From NCBI GenBank assembly GCA_965112735.1, contig OZ218956.1:1860001-1924000 (forward strand): 64,000 bases of DNA, given 5' to 3'. The DNA is from Phaeosaccion multiseriatum. Taxonomy: Eukaryota > Protista > Ochrophyta, other classes. The stretch's first letter is position 1, and every line of letters begins with the position of its first letter. The notes under the pieces were generated by a model, which saw only the letters and a program-made list of their open reading frames with translations, did not search any database and was not told where the DNA came from. Made by a program: the position numbers and the translations under genes. Of the stretch, positions 36,811 through 49,517 are shown piece by piece.

Positions 36811-39800
36811 ATGTGTGTGTGTATATATGTATATGTGTGTGTGTGCGGGTGTGTGGATGTGTGGGTGGATAGAAGGTGTCCTTGAATGGGTGGGTGCCCT
36901 TTCCCTCTCCAGTGTTGTCCTCTGTTCGCACACACTGCTCATACCGTCCCCTCACACAACACCCGCTCGTCGTCACCTCACCTCCCTTCCCAAAGTGTAT
37001 GGCGAGAGAAGATCGAACGTGAGGCGGAGCACTTCAAAGACATTTCTCACATGTCCACCGGTGACGCCGCTCGCTGCATACACGCCGCCGGTATCGACGT
37101 GCTTGTAGATCTCAATGGGTACACGAAGGGTGCCAAGAGTGAGCTCTTTGCACTCAAGCCGGCCCCGCTGCAGGTGGGCGGGGGGGTTTGGGGGGGGCTT
37201 GTAGCTTCCAGGCTTTTGTAGAAAGGCACACTCACCGCACTTACCACTGAGTCTCGTTCGGTCGCGCACTCACACACTCGTTGACTTCCCTCCCTTCCTC
37301 CTTATCCTACCTCTCCCTCCCCCCCTCCCTCCCTCCCTCTCTCCCTCTCTCCCTCCCCACCTCCCCCCCTCCCCCTCCCTCCCTCTCTCTCTCTCCCTCT
37401 GTTCATCCCTGCCTCCCTCCCCCCTCTCAGGTGGCCTACATGGGCTTCTGCGGCACCCTCGGGGCGGACTACATGCAATACCTCATTGCCGACCATCACA
37501 CAATCCCACCCGAGAGCCGTGCCTTCTACTCAGAGAAGCTTCTGTACATGCCGCACACATACTTTGTCAATGATCACCAACAGAGCGCCACGTTTGTGCT
37601 TGATGGGTCACCGTTACCCACTAGAGCTCAATATGGCATACCTCAAGGTGAGAGAGGGGGAGGAGTGAGTGAGTGAGGAGGAGGAGGAGGAGGAGGAGGA
37701 GGAGGAGGAGGAGGAGTGAGTGAGTGAGTAGGAGGAGGAGGAGGAGGAGGAGGAGGAGGAGGAGGACGAGAAGGAGGAGGAGGAGGAGGAGGAGGAGGAG
37801 GAGGAGGAGGAGGAGGAGGTGGAGGTGGAGGAGGGGAGGGGAGGAGAGCGAGGAGAGGGGGGGAGAGGAGAGGGGAATAAAAGGCTCCGGGCTCCGATCA
37901 AGCTCCGAGCTGCTATTTCCTTCCCCCCCCTCTCTTCGCTAAGCGACCACCTTTTCCCCTCTCTCCGCGTCCTTCTGCTGCCTTCTTCTCCATTGCTCTG
38001 GGTAGCCCCCCTCCCCCTCAGTTTTCCCTCCACACTTTCTAACCTGCTTGTGCACCTATCTATCTACCCTTCCTGGTTTGTCTCTTTCCACCCATCCTGC
38101 GCACACGCACACGCACGCACGCACGCATGCACGCACGCACGCACCCACACAAACACACACGCACACACCACACGCACGCACGCACGCACCCACACAAACA
38201 CACGCACGCACACACCCAACCAACGCACACACACACCCCACAGACAAATTCGTATTCTGCAACTTTAACCAAATCTACAAGATCGATCCCTCTATCTTCG
38301 ACGTGTGGATGAGCGTGCTCAAGCGAGTGCCGAATGCGGTGCTGTGGCTGCTGCGCTTCCCACCGGCGGGCGAGGCCAACATTATGGCGGAGGCTCGGAA
38401 GAGGTGAGGGGGGAAGGGAGGGAGGGAGGGAGGGAGGGAGGGAGGGAGGGAGGGTGGGGAGGGGCTATAACCCTTAGCAGAGTCGAGCAAGAGGAACGCG
38501 AACCGAGGCGTCTGCTCTATCTTATGCTTTCCAACCGCTTTCGAAATGCGATTCTCGAAGCACCGATTTCATACCCGCCTCTTCCCCCCCCCCCCCCCCT
38601 CCTCCTCCTCCTCCTCCTCCTCCTCCTCCTCCTCACTGCCATCCCCCCCCCTGCTTGATCCGGACTACCACAGGGGGGTGCGAGGCAATCAGATCATCTT
38701 CACTGACGTAGTGAATAAGGAGGAGCACATCAAGCGCGGCTACCTTGCAGATCTATTCCTGGACACGCCGAGCTGCAACGCACACACCACGGCCTGCGAC
38801 ATTCTGTGGTCGGGCACGCCGCTGCTCACGCTCTCGGGTAAGGAGACGAGAGAGAGAGAGAGAGAGAGAGAAAGGGATGGATGGAGGGAGGGGGGGAGAG
38901 GGAGAGAAGAAAGCGAGCAGAGAGAGAAAGGGATATGGAAAGAGAGAGCTGAGAGAGAGTAGAAAGAGTATTCTCGTCGCAACGGCCTTCGCTCCTCTTG
39001 CCTCTTGCCTGCCCCCCCCCCCCTCCTCCTGTTGAACCCTGTCTGTCTTGTGCTCTTTGCCTTTGCCTCTCTCTCACTCACCTCTGAATCGTGAATCCGT
39101 CCCTCCTCCTACGCTTCCACCTCAGGCAAGAAGATGTCAACCCGCGTGGCTGCTTCGCTCCTCAAAGCGGCAGGGGCGGGGCTGGACGAGCTTATAGTGG
39201 GCTCTCTCGAGGCGTACGAAGAGCTCGCAGTCAGGTGCGTGGCTGCGTGTGTGTGTGCGTGTGTGCGTGTTATCTCAGTACTGCGACAGCGACCCTGACA
39301 CACACACCCACACACCCCACTCCACACTCCCACACCAACCACGGCATGTCGCATACCCACACACACACCACTCCACACTGAACGCAAACACGCACCACCC
39401 CCACGTGCCACCCCATACCCAACCACCACCACCACCATCACCACCACCACCACCATCACCACCACCACCACCACCATCACCACCACCACCACCACCACCA
39501 CCACTATCACCACCACCACCACAACCATCTTTATCACCACCACCACCACCACAACCACCACCACCATCACCACCACCACCACCATCACCACTACCACCAC
39601 CACCATCACCACCACCACCACCACCATCACCACCACCACCACCACCATCACCACCACCACCACCACCACCACCACCACCACCACCACTATCACCACCACC
39701 ACCACAACCATCTTTATCACCACCACCACCACCACAACCACCACCACCACAGATGTGCCACGGACTTCGAGCTTCTGTTCAGCCTCAGACGAAAGCTCGA

Positions 39801-40224
39801 AGACAACCGCACCTCTAGCCCACTCTTCGACACGGCCCGCTGGGTCAGGAATATGGAGGCCGGACTGAGGGCAGCGCACGAGTGGCACCGGAGCGGACAG
39901 CAACCCAAGGATATGGAGGTTTCGGACGGGGGGCCGGGGGGCGGGGGGCGAGGTCGTAGTAGCCTTGTGGGGGGGGTGGGGGTGGCAACGGGGGGAGGCA
40001 GCAAGGGGCGGAGTGTGGGGCAACCTGAGCAGCAGCAAAGGCAGCAGCAGCAGCAGCAGCAGCAGAAGAAGAAGAAGACGCAGCGACAAGAAGGAGAAGC
40101 TCCACAACGGCAGCAGCAGCCGCAGGAGGAGGAGAAGGAGAAAGACATGGCGCTTAGCGGTTGGAGTGACGCAAAGAGAGAGGGCAGCTCCAAGGACCCA
40201 GGAGCAGCAGCAACAGCCGCCGCC

Positions 40225-40256
<32 letters not shown>

Positions 40257-40314
40257 TGGTTCGGAAGAAGCAGTAGCAGCAGCAGCCGCGGCAGGAGAAA
40301 ACGAGCCGCAGTGA
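32829..40314 (+). CDS. OGT: O-GlcNAc transferase (OGT / SECRET AGENT-like, GT41), multi-exon
   Basis: Long TPR array ([17 protein letters not shown]...) followed by [83 protein letters not shown] and PLFDT.RWV.N.E. Confidence 0.96.
34551..34623 (+). repeat. Degenerate telomere-like (CCCTAA/CCCTGA) tract at an OGT intron 3' end
   Basis: ACCCTAACCCTAACCCTGACCGTAAACCCTGAC...ACCCTGAACCCTGACCCTGACAG, ending at the acceptor AG. Confidence 0.7.
39420..39752. repeat. (CAC)n tract with an internal higher-order duplication, last OGT intron
   Basis: ~330 bp of CAC/CAT. The variant block ACTATCACCACCACCACCACAACCATCTTTATCACC occurs twice (~39503 and ~39686). Confidence 0.9.
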
Positions 40315-40458
40315 GCAAGTGCCTTACTGTACACGGCTTTGTTCGGTTTGCCGCAACGGTTGGATATACGGCACCGAGCCCCAGTCGCTTCCATCTGTGA
40401 ATATTCTCAGCTCTTGCCGGGCAGATCCGCCAGACGGCACTGCCCCATCGTCATTATT

Positions 40459-40760
40459 GTGAGGCAGTGAGTCAGTGAGTCAGTGAGGCAGTGAGGCAGT
40501 GAGTCAGTGAGTCAGTGAGTCAGTGAGTCAGTGAGTCAGTGAGTCAGTGAGGCAGTGAGTCAGTGAGTCAGTGAGTCAGTGACGCAGTGACGCAGTGACG
40601 CAGTGTCGCAGTGAGTCAGTGAGTCAGTGCGGCCGTGAGGCAGTGAGGCAGTGAGGCAGTGAGGCAGTGAGGCAGTGAGTCAGTGCGGCCGTGAGGCAGT
40701 GAGGCAGTGAGTCAGTGAGTCAGTGCGGCCGTGAGGCTGGGAGGCAGTGACGCAGTGAGT
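40459..40760. repeat. 8-bp tandem array (CAGTGAGT / CAGTGAGG / CAGTGACG) between convergent genes
   Basis: Roughly 35 units with blocks of variants, read directly. Confidence 0.93.
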
Positions 40761-41146
40761 GAGGCAGGCGAGCGAGGCAGCGAGTGAGTGGGTGAGTACC
40801 TAACTTCCAGTGTCAGGGTGTGCTCCTTTCGGCGAGAGCCGGCCACCACCACCACCACCACCACTACCGCTGCCTGCGGAAAGCTTCGAGTCATTGCCTC
40901 TATGGAAATCATCCGATTCGATTGATTCCTTCAATTATTACGATGGATGTCATTCCTTCAGACGGCGGCTGTCTGCTCTCGGAGCTGGGCCCACCTGAGT
41001 ACACAGATCCCTGACACACTATTTATTCAATTGTTACAAAGTGTATTATAATACAATGGCCGCATCGAGCACAGGACACTCCGTAAGGGTGATGATGTGC
41101 GTATGCGAAGGAGGGGAAGGGAGAGAGGGGGAGAGCGCAGAAAAAA

Positions 41147-41183
<37 letters not shown>

Positions 41184-41246
41184 CAGGAGAGAGAGAGAGG
41201 GAGAGGGAGAGAGAGAGAGAGAGTAGAGAAGAGAGAGAGAGAGAGT

Positions 41247-41290
<44 letters not shown>

Positions 41291-41330
41291 GAGAGAGAGG
41301 TACCCCTCCTCCCACTTCCTTCCCCGCTTT

Positions 41331-43321
41331 CTACTTCCCTGAGGAAGAAGAGATAGCCTTCTTGGCCCACCCCGCCGCCCCCGTCCACACCTCCCAAGCC
41401 GCGCCCTCCATCAGTAACTCCCGAGCAGAGGACTTGGAGCCCTTGAGATGGAGCAGGGGCAGACACACCTCACACACCGCCCAAACGACTCCTACTACGG
41501 TCAGCAACACGGCGGCCATACGACCCCATCGGAACCGTCGGACCGCTCTCCGACCCTTCCCCGATTGCGCGAGAAACCGCTCCAAGTCTTCTCCTCCTCT
41601 TCGGTGGTCGCCACCCCCCGCAACACGTACCCCTTGCCTACGAAGGTGCTCCTTTTGCTGCAGAAACTCAATGTTGCGTTTTATCTTGCTGAGGCTGATG
41701 CTGCTCCCCTCACTGCCTCCTCCTCCTTCTCCTCCTGCTGCTGCTCCTCCCAGCGCGAAGGTGGTGCGGCGGTTCGACGACGACGCGTTGTCGTTGCTAC
41801 TCATGCTACTGCGACCACCACCACCACTGCCCCTGCCGTGACTGTAGCTGCTGCTGCTCGCACCGCCCAGACCTGCAAGCCCAACATTGCTACTGGCGCT
41901 GCTATTTGCACTTACTGTGCCGTGTGCAAGGCCCCCCCCTCGGAGGAGCCCCGTGCTCTGGGAAGAAGGGGTCGTCGCCGCTGCTGGTGCGAGCGTTGGT
42001 GATACAGCAGCGGGAGGGACTGTGCCCTGCTGAGACGCCGCCGCCTGGGGCCGCACAGAGGAGAGGACAGGGCAGGGAGGGACGGACGGGAGGGGGTAGG
42101 AAGCACATGAAGCAGTTGGGGATACAGCAGCAGTGAGTGAGGGAGTGAGTGAGTGAAAGAGCAGTGCGACTCGGGGGGGGGGGAGTTGGGCCCGAGGCAT
42201 CCGCGTAGGACGAAGGTACATAAGCCAAACAGAGCCAATCATAAGGTATATAACATAGCCAATAATACCACGCTCCCCCCCCTGCTTCCCCTCTCACCTC
42301 TAGGCGTAGCCTGTGCTGTTCTCTCGCCTTCTTGATACCATTCACAAATCCATTGCCCCACTTCTTTTTGAGGCGGGCCAGGAACAACGCCAACACACCC
42401 AACGCAAAGTACAAATTGAATTTCCCCCGGTTGTAGAGGTAGAGGGTAAAGCACATGTGGCCCAGCAGACCGGCCAGCACCAGCAACAGGCGCTGCATGG
42501 AGAAGGGGTGGAGGACCCCGCGAAGCTTAATGAGGTCTCTCGAAAACGCGTCGACCTGTTTGTGAGGTGTGTGTTCATGGGTATAGGACGAGCGGTGCGT
42601 GATAAGGAACTTCGAAAGCTCTGTCCTCCTCCTTCAATACATCAGCGGCAAGAAAGGCAGAAAAATGCAGCAAACGCCCGAGTACATTTGTTGCACATGG
42701 CGTCCACAACCCTACCCCACGCTAGACTTCCTCGCTTCCCCCCCTCCTTCCTTCCTCCTTTCTCCTCTCCTTCCTTCCTCCTTTCTCCCCTCATTTCTTC
42801 CTTTCTTCCCTCCTTCCTCCCCCCCTTCCTTCCATCCATCCATCCATCCATCCATCCTTCCTCCTTTCTCCCCTCCTTCCTTCCTTCCTTCCTTCCTTCC
42901 TTCCTTCCTTCCTCCCTTCCCTCCTTCTTTCGTTCATTGTCCGTGCCTTCTCTCTCTCCCTCCCTCCGTCCCTCCTTCCTCCCTTCCTTCCTTCCTCCCT
43001 TCCTTCCCTCTCTCCTTCCTTCCGTCCCTCCTTCCTTCCCTCACCTTGAACTGCAGGAATGGTCCGTGCTTGCCGAAGAGCTTCCTGCCGAGCTCGTTCT
43101 GCACGGTGGAGAACTGCCGCTCGTGCATTAGCTTCTCCTCGATCTCCAGAAGGAACACGTCGTCAGCCTGTGCCAAAGAGCCTCTGGGGATGGCAGTGGA
43201 CGGGGAAGGGGATGGCAGTGGATAGCCATGGAAAGGGAAAAGGGGGGTGAGGGATGACAGATTAGAGAGAGAGAGAGAGTAGAGGGAGATGGAGAAAGAG
43301 AGGGAGAGGGAAAGACATATA

Positions 43322-43359
<38 letters not shown>

Positions 43360-45752
43360 TAGGAAGAGGGAAGAGAGAGAGAGAGGGAGAAAGAACCAGA
43401 GATACTCGCATACCCACAGAGAGCCCGAGAGACCCCCCTCCCTCCCAAAGCCTGGCAAGGCCAGCGCGCAAGCACAAGCACGAGTTCGAACCCGAGCCCG
43501 AGCCGCTTCGTTGCTTGTTGCTATTGTATTGCGGTCTTGGCCTTTCCCACTGCCCCCACCCATGGACTACTGACCACCGAATGTACTGACCACCGACTGA
43601 CGTCAGGTACTGACCTGCGGGCGCCATATCTTTTCTTTCTCTTCCTCTTCTTCTTTACGGTGTTCGTGTCTGGAAAGGTAGCATCGACGTCAAACTCGTC
43701 GTCCTCCTCATCCTCCTCTTCCCCCTCTCCCTCCTCGTCGTAGTCATCGTCCTCGTCTTCCTCGTCCCCGTCCTCCTCGTCCTCGTCGTCGTCGTCGTCC
43801 TCCTCGTCCTCCTCGTCCTCCTCCTCCTCCTCCTCCTCCTCCTTCTCCTCCTCCTCCTCCTCCTCCTCGTCGTCCTCCTCCTCGCCATCCCGCCCTTCGC
43901 CAACACTGGGGCCAGCCCCCCACCCGCCGGGTTTCCCTCCTCCTCTCCCATAAGCTTCCAACCCCTCTCCTTCGCTGCTACTCTGTCCTCCCCTCTCCTG
44001 CTCCTGCTGTTCATGCTGCTGCTGCTGCTGCTGCTCTTGTTTGGAACTGTCCCTCCCAAAGAGATCCGCCCAACCCTCTTGGATGCTGCTTCTGTTGCTT
44101 CTGCCACCGCCGCCGCCGCCCCCGCTCCTACCACTCCCAAAGTGCCAGCTGGTACTGTTGCTGCTGCTGTTACTGCCATTGCTACTGCTGCTGCTGCTGC
44201 TCTTGCTGCTGGTGTTGTTGTTGTCCCCTCCCCCCTTGAGAAGCTTCGCCTTTTCTGCACTGGACAGGACGTGGGTACCGTTATGGGGAGGAGAGGAAGG
44301 CGGAGTCGAGGAGGAGCGTCTGCCACCACCGACCCCAGAAATTGGTGATACAGCAGCAGCAGCAGCAGCAGCCGCAGCAGAAGAAGAAGCGGAGGCCTGG
44401 GCTTTCCTCTTCTCCTCAACAGTACCAACAGCACTGGCTTTGAGTACCTTGGCTGCTGCCATCGTGCGCTCCAAACGCAGTTTCTGATGTGGATGGGTTG
44501 GGATAAAATCGAAGGTGAGGAGGAGGAGGAGGAGGAGGAGGAGGAGGAGGAGGGGGGGGGGGAGTTTGGTTTGAGTTGGGTTTGGGGTTTGAATGGGTGT
44601 GGGGCAGTAGAGGAGGTAGGCAAGGGGGAGTTGAGGGGGGGGTAGTACCTACAGTTACATAGCAGTACCATGTACCCACAGTTACACACCTTGCCCGACT
44701 GATAGTTCCGTATGATGCCCCAGGCCAGCAGCCCATGCAGACAGAGGAAGAGGAGGTGGGGGAAGATGAGCATCACCAGCAGCTGGCACAGCAAAGCAAA
44801 GGACCGACGGGGATGGACCTGGGAGGGGAAGGGAGGGGAAGGGAGGATGGGGCAGGGGAGGGTGGGGTGGGAAGAGAGAGACGAGGAGTAAGGGACGAGG
44901 TATGTTGCCGTCGTCACAAGACGAGTGGGACAAACCAAAGGGGTAAGACGAGTGGGACAAACCAAAGGGTGTGTGTGTGTGCGTGGATAACGCCTGGTGG
45001 GCTTCCGCCTCCTTCTCTCCCTCCATTCCCCTCCCCTTACCCTTCTCTCCCTCCATTCCCCTCCCCTTACCCAGTTGACGTTGTCGTTAACGCCTTTGAA
45101 GATCTCTACAAAGGGCTCAAAGAGTGCCCATAACCGCATCACCTTGTGGCGTGCGTAACGTGTGAGCAGAAGGGTCCATGCAGAAAACATAGAGTTAAGC
45201 AGCAGATGTAGCAGGGGAACAAGTAGTAGGAGCAGCAGCAGCGACAAGAGCAACAGCAACAACAACAGCAACAACAACAACAACAACAACAACAACAACG
45301 ACAGCACCAGCACCAGCACCAGCAACAGCAACAGCAACAGTGTCTCTGTGCCTCTTACCTTGCGATAGAAGCGGTTGGGGCTGAAGCGCTCGTAGAGAGG
45401 GGTGTACGGCTCGCCGGGCCACAGGAAAGACATTGTCTCTTTGACAGGGGAGTGTTGGTACATGAGACGCAAACGGATGCGCCCGTAGTCCCCCTGCCAC
45501 GCACACGCACACACATACGCACATAGACATATAACAACCCACACACATGCACACACGCACGAACACACACATACACGCACGGACATGGAAACGAGTGGAG
45601 TGGAGAGGTGAGAGAAGGTGTATGACAATGCATTGCCATGGCACAGAAGAGGACAGGCGGGGTGGGGGGTGAAGGGTGGGTGGGTTGGGGCAGGAGCAGC
45701 ACCCACAATGAGGCCCAGGCCGCAAAGTGAAGAAAGCAAGCAAGCAAGCGAG

Positions 45753-45787
<35 letters not shown>

Positions 45788-46998
45788 GCAGGCAAGCAAA
45801 GCAGAGCATAGCAAAGCAAAGCAAAGCAAGCTAGAGCAAGCCAGAAAAGCCAGCCAGAGCAAGCAAGCCAAAGCAAGCCAGCAAACAAAGAAAGACACCA
45901 CCCTACCCCATGCCTTTTCCACTCACCGGCTTGAATCCCTTGCACAGGAAGCAGTCCTTGGCCTCAACACCCTGCGGCATATCGGCAAAGGCCTTCTCCC
46001 TCTGTGTCCCGTCGTGCATGTGAATCTTTCGCAACCTCTCCTCCTTGAGCCAGTTGAAGAATCCCCCGATACCCCCCCCCGAACCCCCATGCCTGCTTCC
46101 GCCCCCATCCTGCCATACCTCGTCCTGCGCCCCTGGAAGTGGCTTGGCCCTTCGCTGCCTCCCTTCGCCTTGCGGCCCCATATCTCCCAACGCTGAAGGG
46201 GTCCTGAGCCCCCCCTCTTCCTCTTCCTCCCCCTCATCCCCGTCCTCCTCCTCCTCCTCGTCTCCCACCTCCTCGTTCTTGCCGCTCATTTCTCCAGAGC
46301 TCTGCTCCAACAACACGGCCTTAGCAGCCTGCTCGGCTGTGTGGTGCCGCTGCCCGCTCGCCTCCGCAGCCGCCGCTGCCTTGGCCGCCTTCCGTTCTCT
46401 CTTAGCAGCCTGGGCAGCCCGCACGCGCATCTGCTTCGTCCTGATTCGGTGTGTGTGTGTGGGTGGGGGGGGGGGGAGTGAGAGAAGCGTATGGGGTGTA
46501 TGGGAGGCTACAAGAGAAGTAAAAAACAAACCAGCGCCCCAACCAGCCCCCCAATCACTCCCCCATCTCCCTCCCTCCCTCCCCGCCTCCCCGCCTCCCC
46601 CCCTCCCTCTCTCCCTCCCTCCCTCCCTCCCTCCGACCCCACACCCACGCACGTACGTCAGCGTAGTGTCCCACAGCGGCGAGTCGTCGTCGATCCTTCC
46701 CGGCACAGCCACATGCATCCCTGGCAGATGCGGCAACAAATTATACCACTCGTCCACCAGCCCTCCCGATAGCAGCGCACCCGTCAACGGCACCTCTACA
46801 CACCCCATAAAGTCATCCTCTCCTGCCAGATCCCAGTCAAACACGTCAAGCTGAAGCACTGCCCCTCCCCTCCTCACTGGGAGGTGGAATTCTTCGTCCC
46901 AGGCTGGGCTGAGGCTCTTTTTGACAAATCGCGTGGCCTCTTTGATCGTCATCTTGTCGCTCCATTGGTGATTGTGGCACGAGTATCTGTGGGAGGGC

Positions 46999-47063
<65 letters not shown>

Positions 47064-48126
47064 TGTGTGTGTATGTGTGTGTGTGCGTATTTGCGTGTTT
47101 GTGTTTGGGGGAGGGGAGATGGGAGAGGGGCATCAGTAATCGTGGCTGCGCTACTGCTGCTCTTTCGTGTCCACAACTATACGCTCATACCAAGACATCA
47201 CGCACGGCGCGCCAGGCCATAGACGGCGCCTCCTGCCCTCGTCTCACCCCCACAGCTGAGGCAGGAAACGGCTGACCGAAGGAGCTCCATCCACTGCCAT
47301 CCCTCCGGCAGGCTCCGTCCACTGCCTTCCATGACCACAACCCCGCAGGCCAGTCGTCTGCCCTCGAGCTCTGCCTCTGCCTCTGCCCCGCCGGCTCCGC
47401 GCCGGTCCTCACCTGCCCGTCAGTTTGAGTTTGACGTAAGGGTCACTCTTCCCACTAATGTCACAGGGTTGGAGATCCTGTCCCTGCACAATGTGCACAT
47501 ACAACTCCCCTACACTCATCGCCATCTGTTGGGTCTCAGTCAGCATGGGCTGCATGGCAAAGTAGCTCAGAGGGATGACGCGATAGTCCAGAATGGCCCC
47601 GTGGGCGTGATTGATGTCCGTGCCCTCTCCCCCCGCCTTCGGTCCGCCCTTTGTCCCTCCTCCTCCTCCTCCTCCTCCTCCTCCTGCTGCTGCTGCTGCC
47701 GCCGCCCGCCTTTCTCCCTCTTTTGGGCCAGTGTCCAAAATGTGAGGGGAACAGAAGAAGGGAGAGAGGGAGAGAGAGGGAGAGTGGTGTGTTGGGCGAC
47801 TATGACGGTTCATGTCTCTCTCTCCTGTGCCTCTCTCTCTCTCTCTCCCTTTCCCTTCCTTGTTCGTCAAGTTGAGCTCACGCACCTGTGGGCTTCCGGC
47901 CACGCCGAAACGCATGAGAGAAGGCCTGCCTCATATCCTTGCGGAAGGAGTGGTTAGGTGGCGACAAGGGCCGACTCCGACCAGGGCTCCCAGGAGGGGA
48001 AAGGCTCGAGCGGCTACGCTTGCCAGGGCTGATGCTACGGCGGGAGATGCTGGTGCTGCTGCTGATGCTGCTGGTGTCGGTGCTGTACATCTTGCCCTTG
48101 CGTCGAAAACCCTTGAAGAAAGACAT
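41331..48126 (-). CDS. C2-domain and transmembrane protein (MCTP/PRT_C-like)
   Basis: C2 domain GELYVHIVQGQDLQPCDISGKSDPYVKL...KKSLSPAWDEEF..LQLDVFDWDLAGEDDFMG; then GRIRLRL, NW/VHPRRSFALL with TM helices, an acidic loop and two further hydrophobic segments. Confidence 0.78.
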
Positions 48127-48618
48127 TTTTCTCTTCTTTGTGAGGCGCTGCTGCTGCTACTGCTACCGCTGCTCGTTATCGTTTACCTCTCTGATGTTTT
48201 TGCTGAACAGTGACATTTCCTCCGAACAACGTCCCAGACTTCAAGCGCTTACGCGTTGAGCATCAATCCTCTTCCTCGTCCTGGCGACAGATGAGTCCCC
48301 CTCTTGGCTACAGCGCCTTCACATCTGGTATTAGAGTTGTGAACTGTGAATTGAAGACATTGAAGACATTGAAGAGGGAGGAAAGAAGAAAGAAGAAAGG
48401 GGTCTTTTAATAATCCAACTTATCCTACCAAATCCGGATTTTTTTTTCCTTTTGTTGTTTCTTTTCTCTCCCATAAATCTTACTTAGCACAAGAGGAGGG
48501 AGCCAAATAGCCGAACAAGTGGGATGCTCACAGATCGAGTCGGCTGGTGGGAGAAGAGGGGAAGCGAGTAGAGTCAATCATAAATAAAGGGAGGGGAAAA
48601 GAGAGTATTGACACATAC

Positions 48619-49445
48619 ATGTTGAGGATGGGGATGGGAGGATTGAGACGGCGGCGGCCGCTGGTCCTACTGCTGGTACTTCTCTTGAGTAGTCATAAGG
48701 CCTGTGCCTTCGTTGGGCAGACAACGCCAACAGCAGCAGCAGCGAGGACAAGAAGGCGCGGTAGGGCGCCCCCCCCCCACCCACAATGGCAAAGCAGCAG
48801 CCTTAACCCACGCCCTTCTGCACTGGCCGCCATGTGGGACAACAACTACAAGATCGACCCCAAGTTGCTGCACCTTCACGAGCGTGTCAACAATGGGTCG
48901 TTCGGTACGTACTGTGCTCATGTCAACGTTTTTTTTTTTTTTTTTTTTTTTCATGTATGTATGCCTCCCGTCTCTGCCCGTCCTTCTCTGTCGACAGGGG
49001 TGGTCTTCACCGCTGACTTGGAAGGGGTGGGCCCCGTCATTGCAAAGTCTGCAGATGCCATGCAGGTAGATTGGGCAAGGGGCAGTCACAAAAGTCACGG
49101 GGTTTGTCGTGCGCCCTCTCGCCGACGAGGAGGATGTCATGCCTCCTGCCTGCCTTCCCTCCCCTGTTCGCACCTGGCTGTTGCTACTTGCCTCTTCCCC
49201 CCTCCTTCCCACCCTTTCTTTCGTGTGCTTCCCTCTCCACCCGCTGCCATGCATTGTATCTCTGCTGCCCTTGTTACCTGACCCCACCTCCTGCCTCCTC
49301 CTCTCCTCGTTCTGCTGCTGCCGATGCTGCTGCGGCTTCTCTCTCCTTTGCTCCTTCTGTTTGTCTCTCCGTCACGCCTCTGACTATCCCGCGCCTCAGG
49401 GGGAACTGAATGGAGCTCAGGTGGCTCGAGCACGAGAGTACCTCA

Positions 49446-49517
<72 letters not shown>

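Noticed and set aside
39109-40107. Poly-Val / poly-Pro ORFs
   Set aside because: Translations of the intronic (CAC)n tract and the antisense of the last OGT exon.
43655-45763. 702-aa ORF as a single gene
   Set aside because: Read-through of several MCTP-like exons and repeat-filled introns; the distal part is in the wrong frame.
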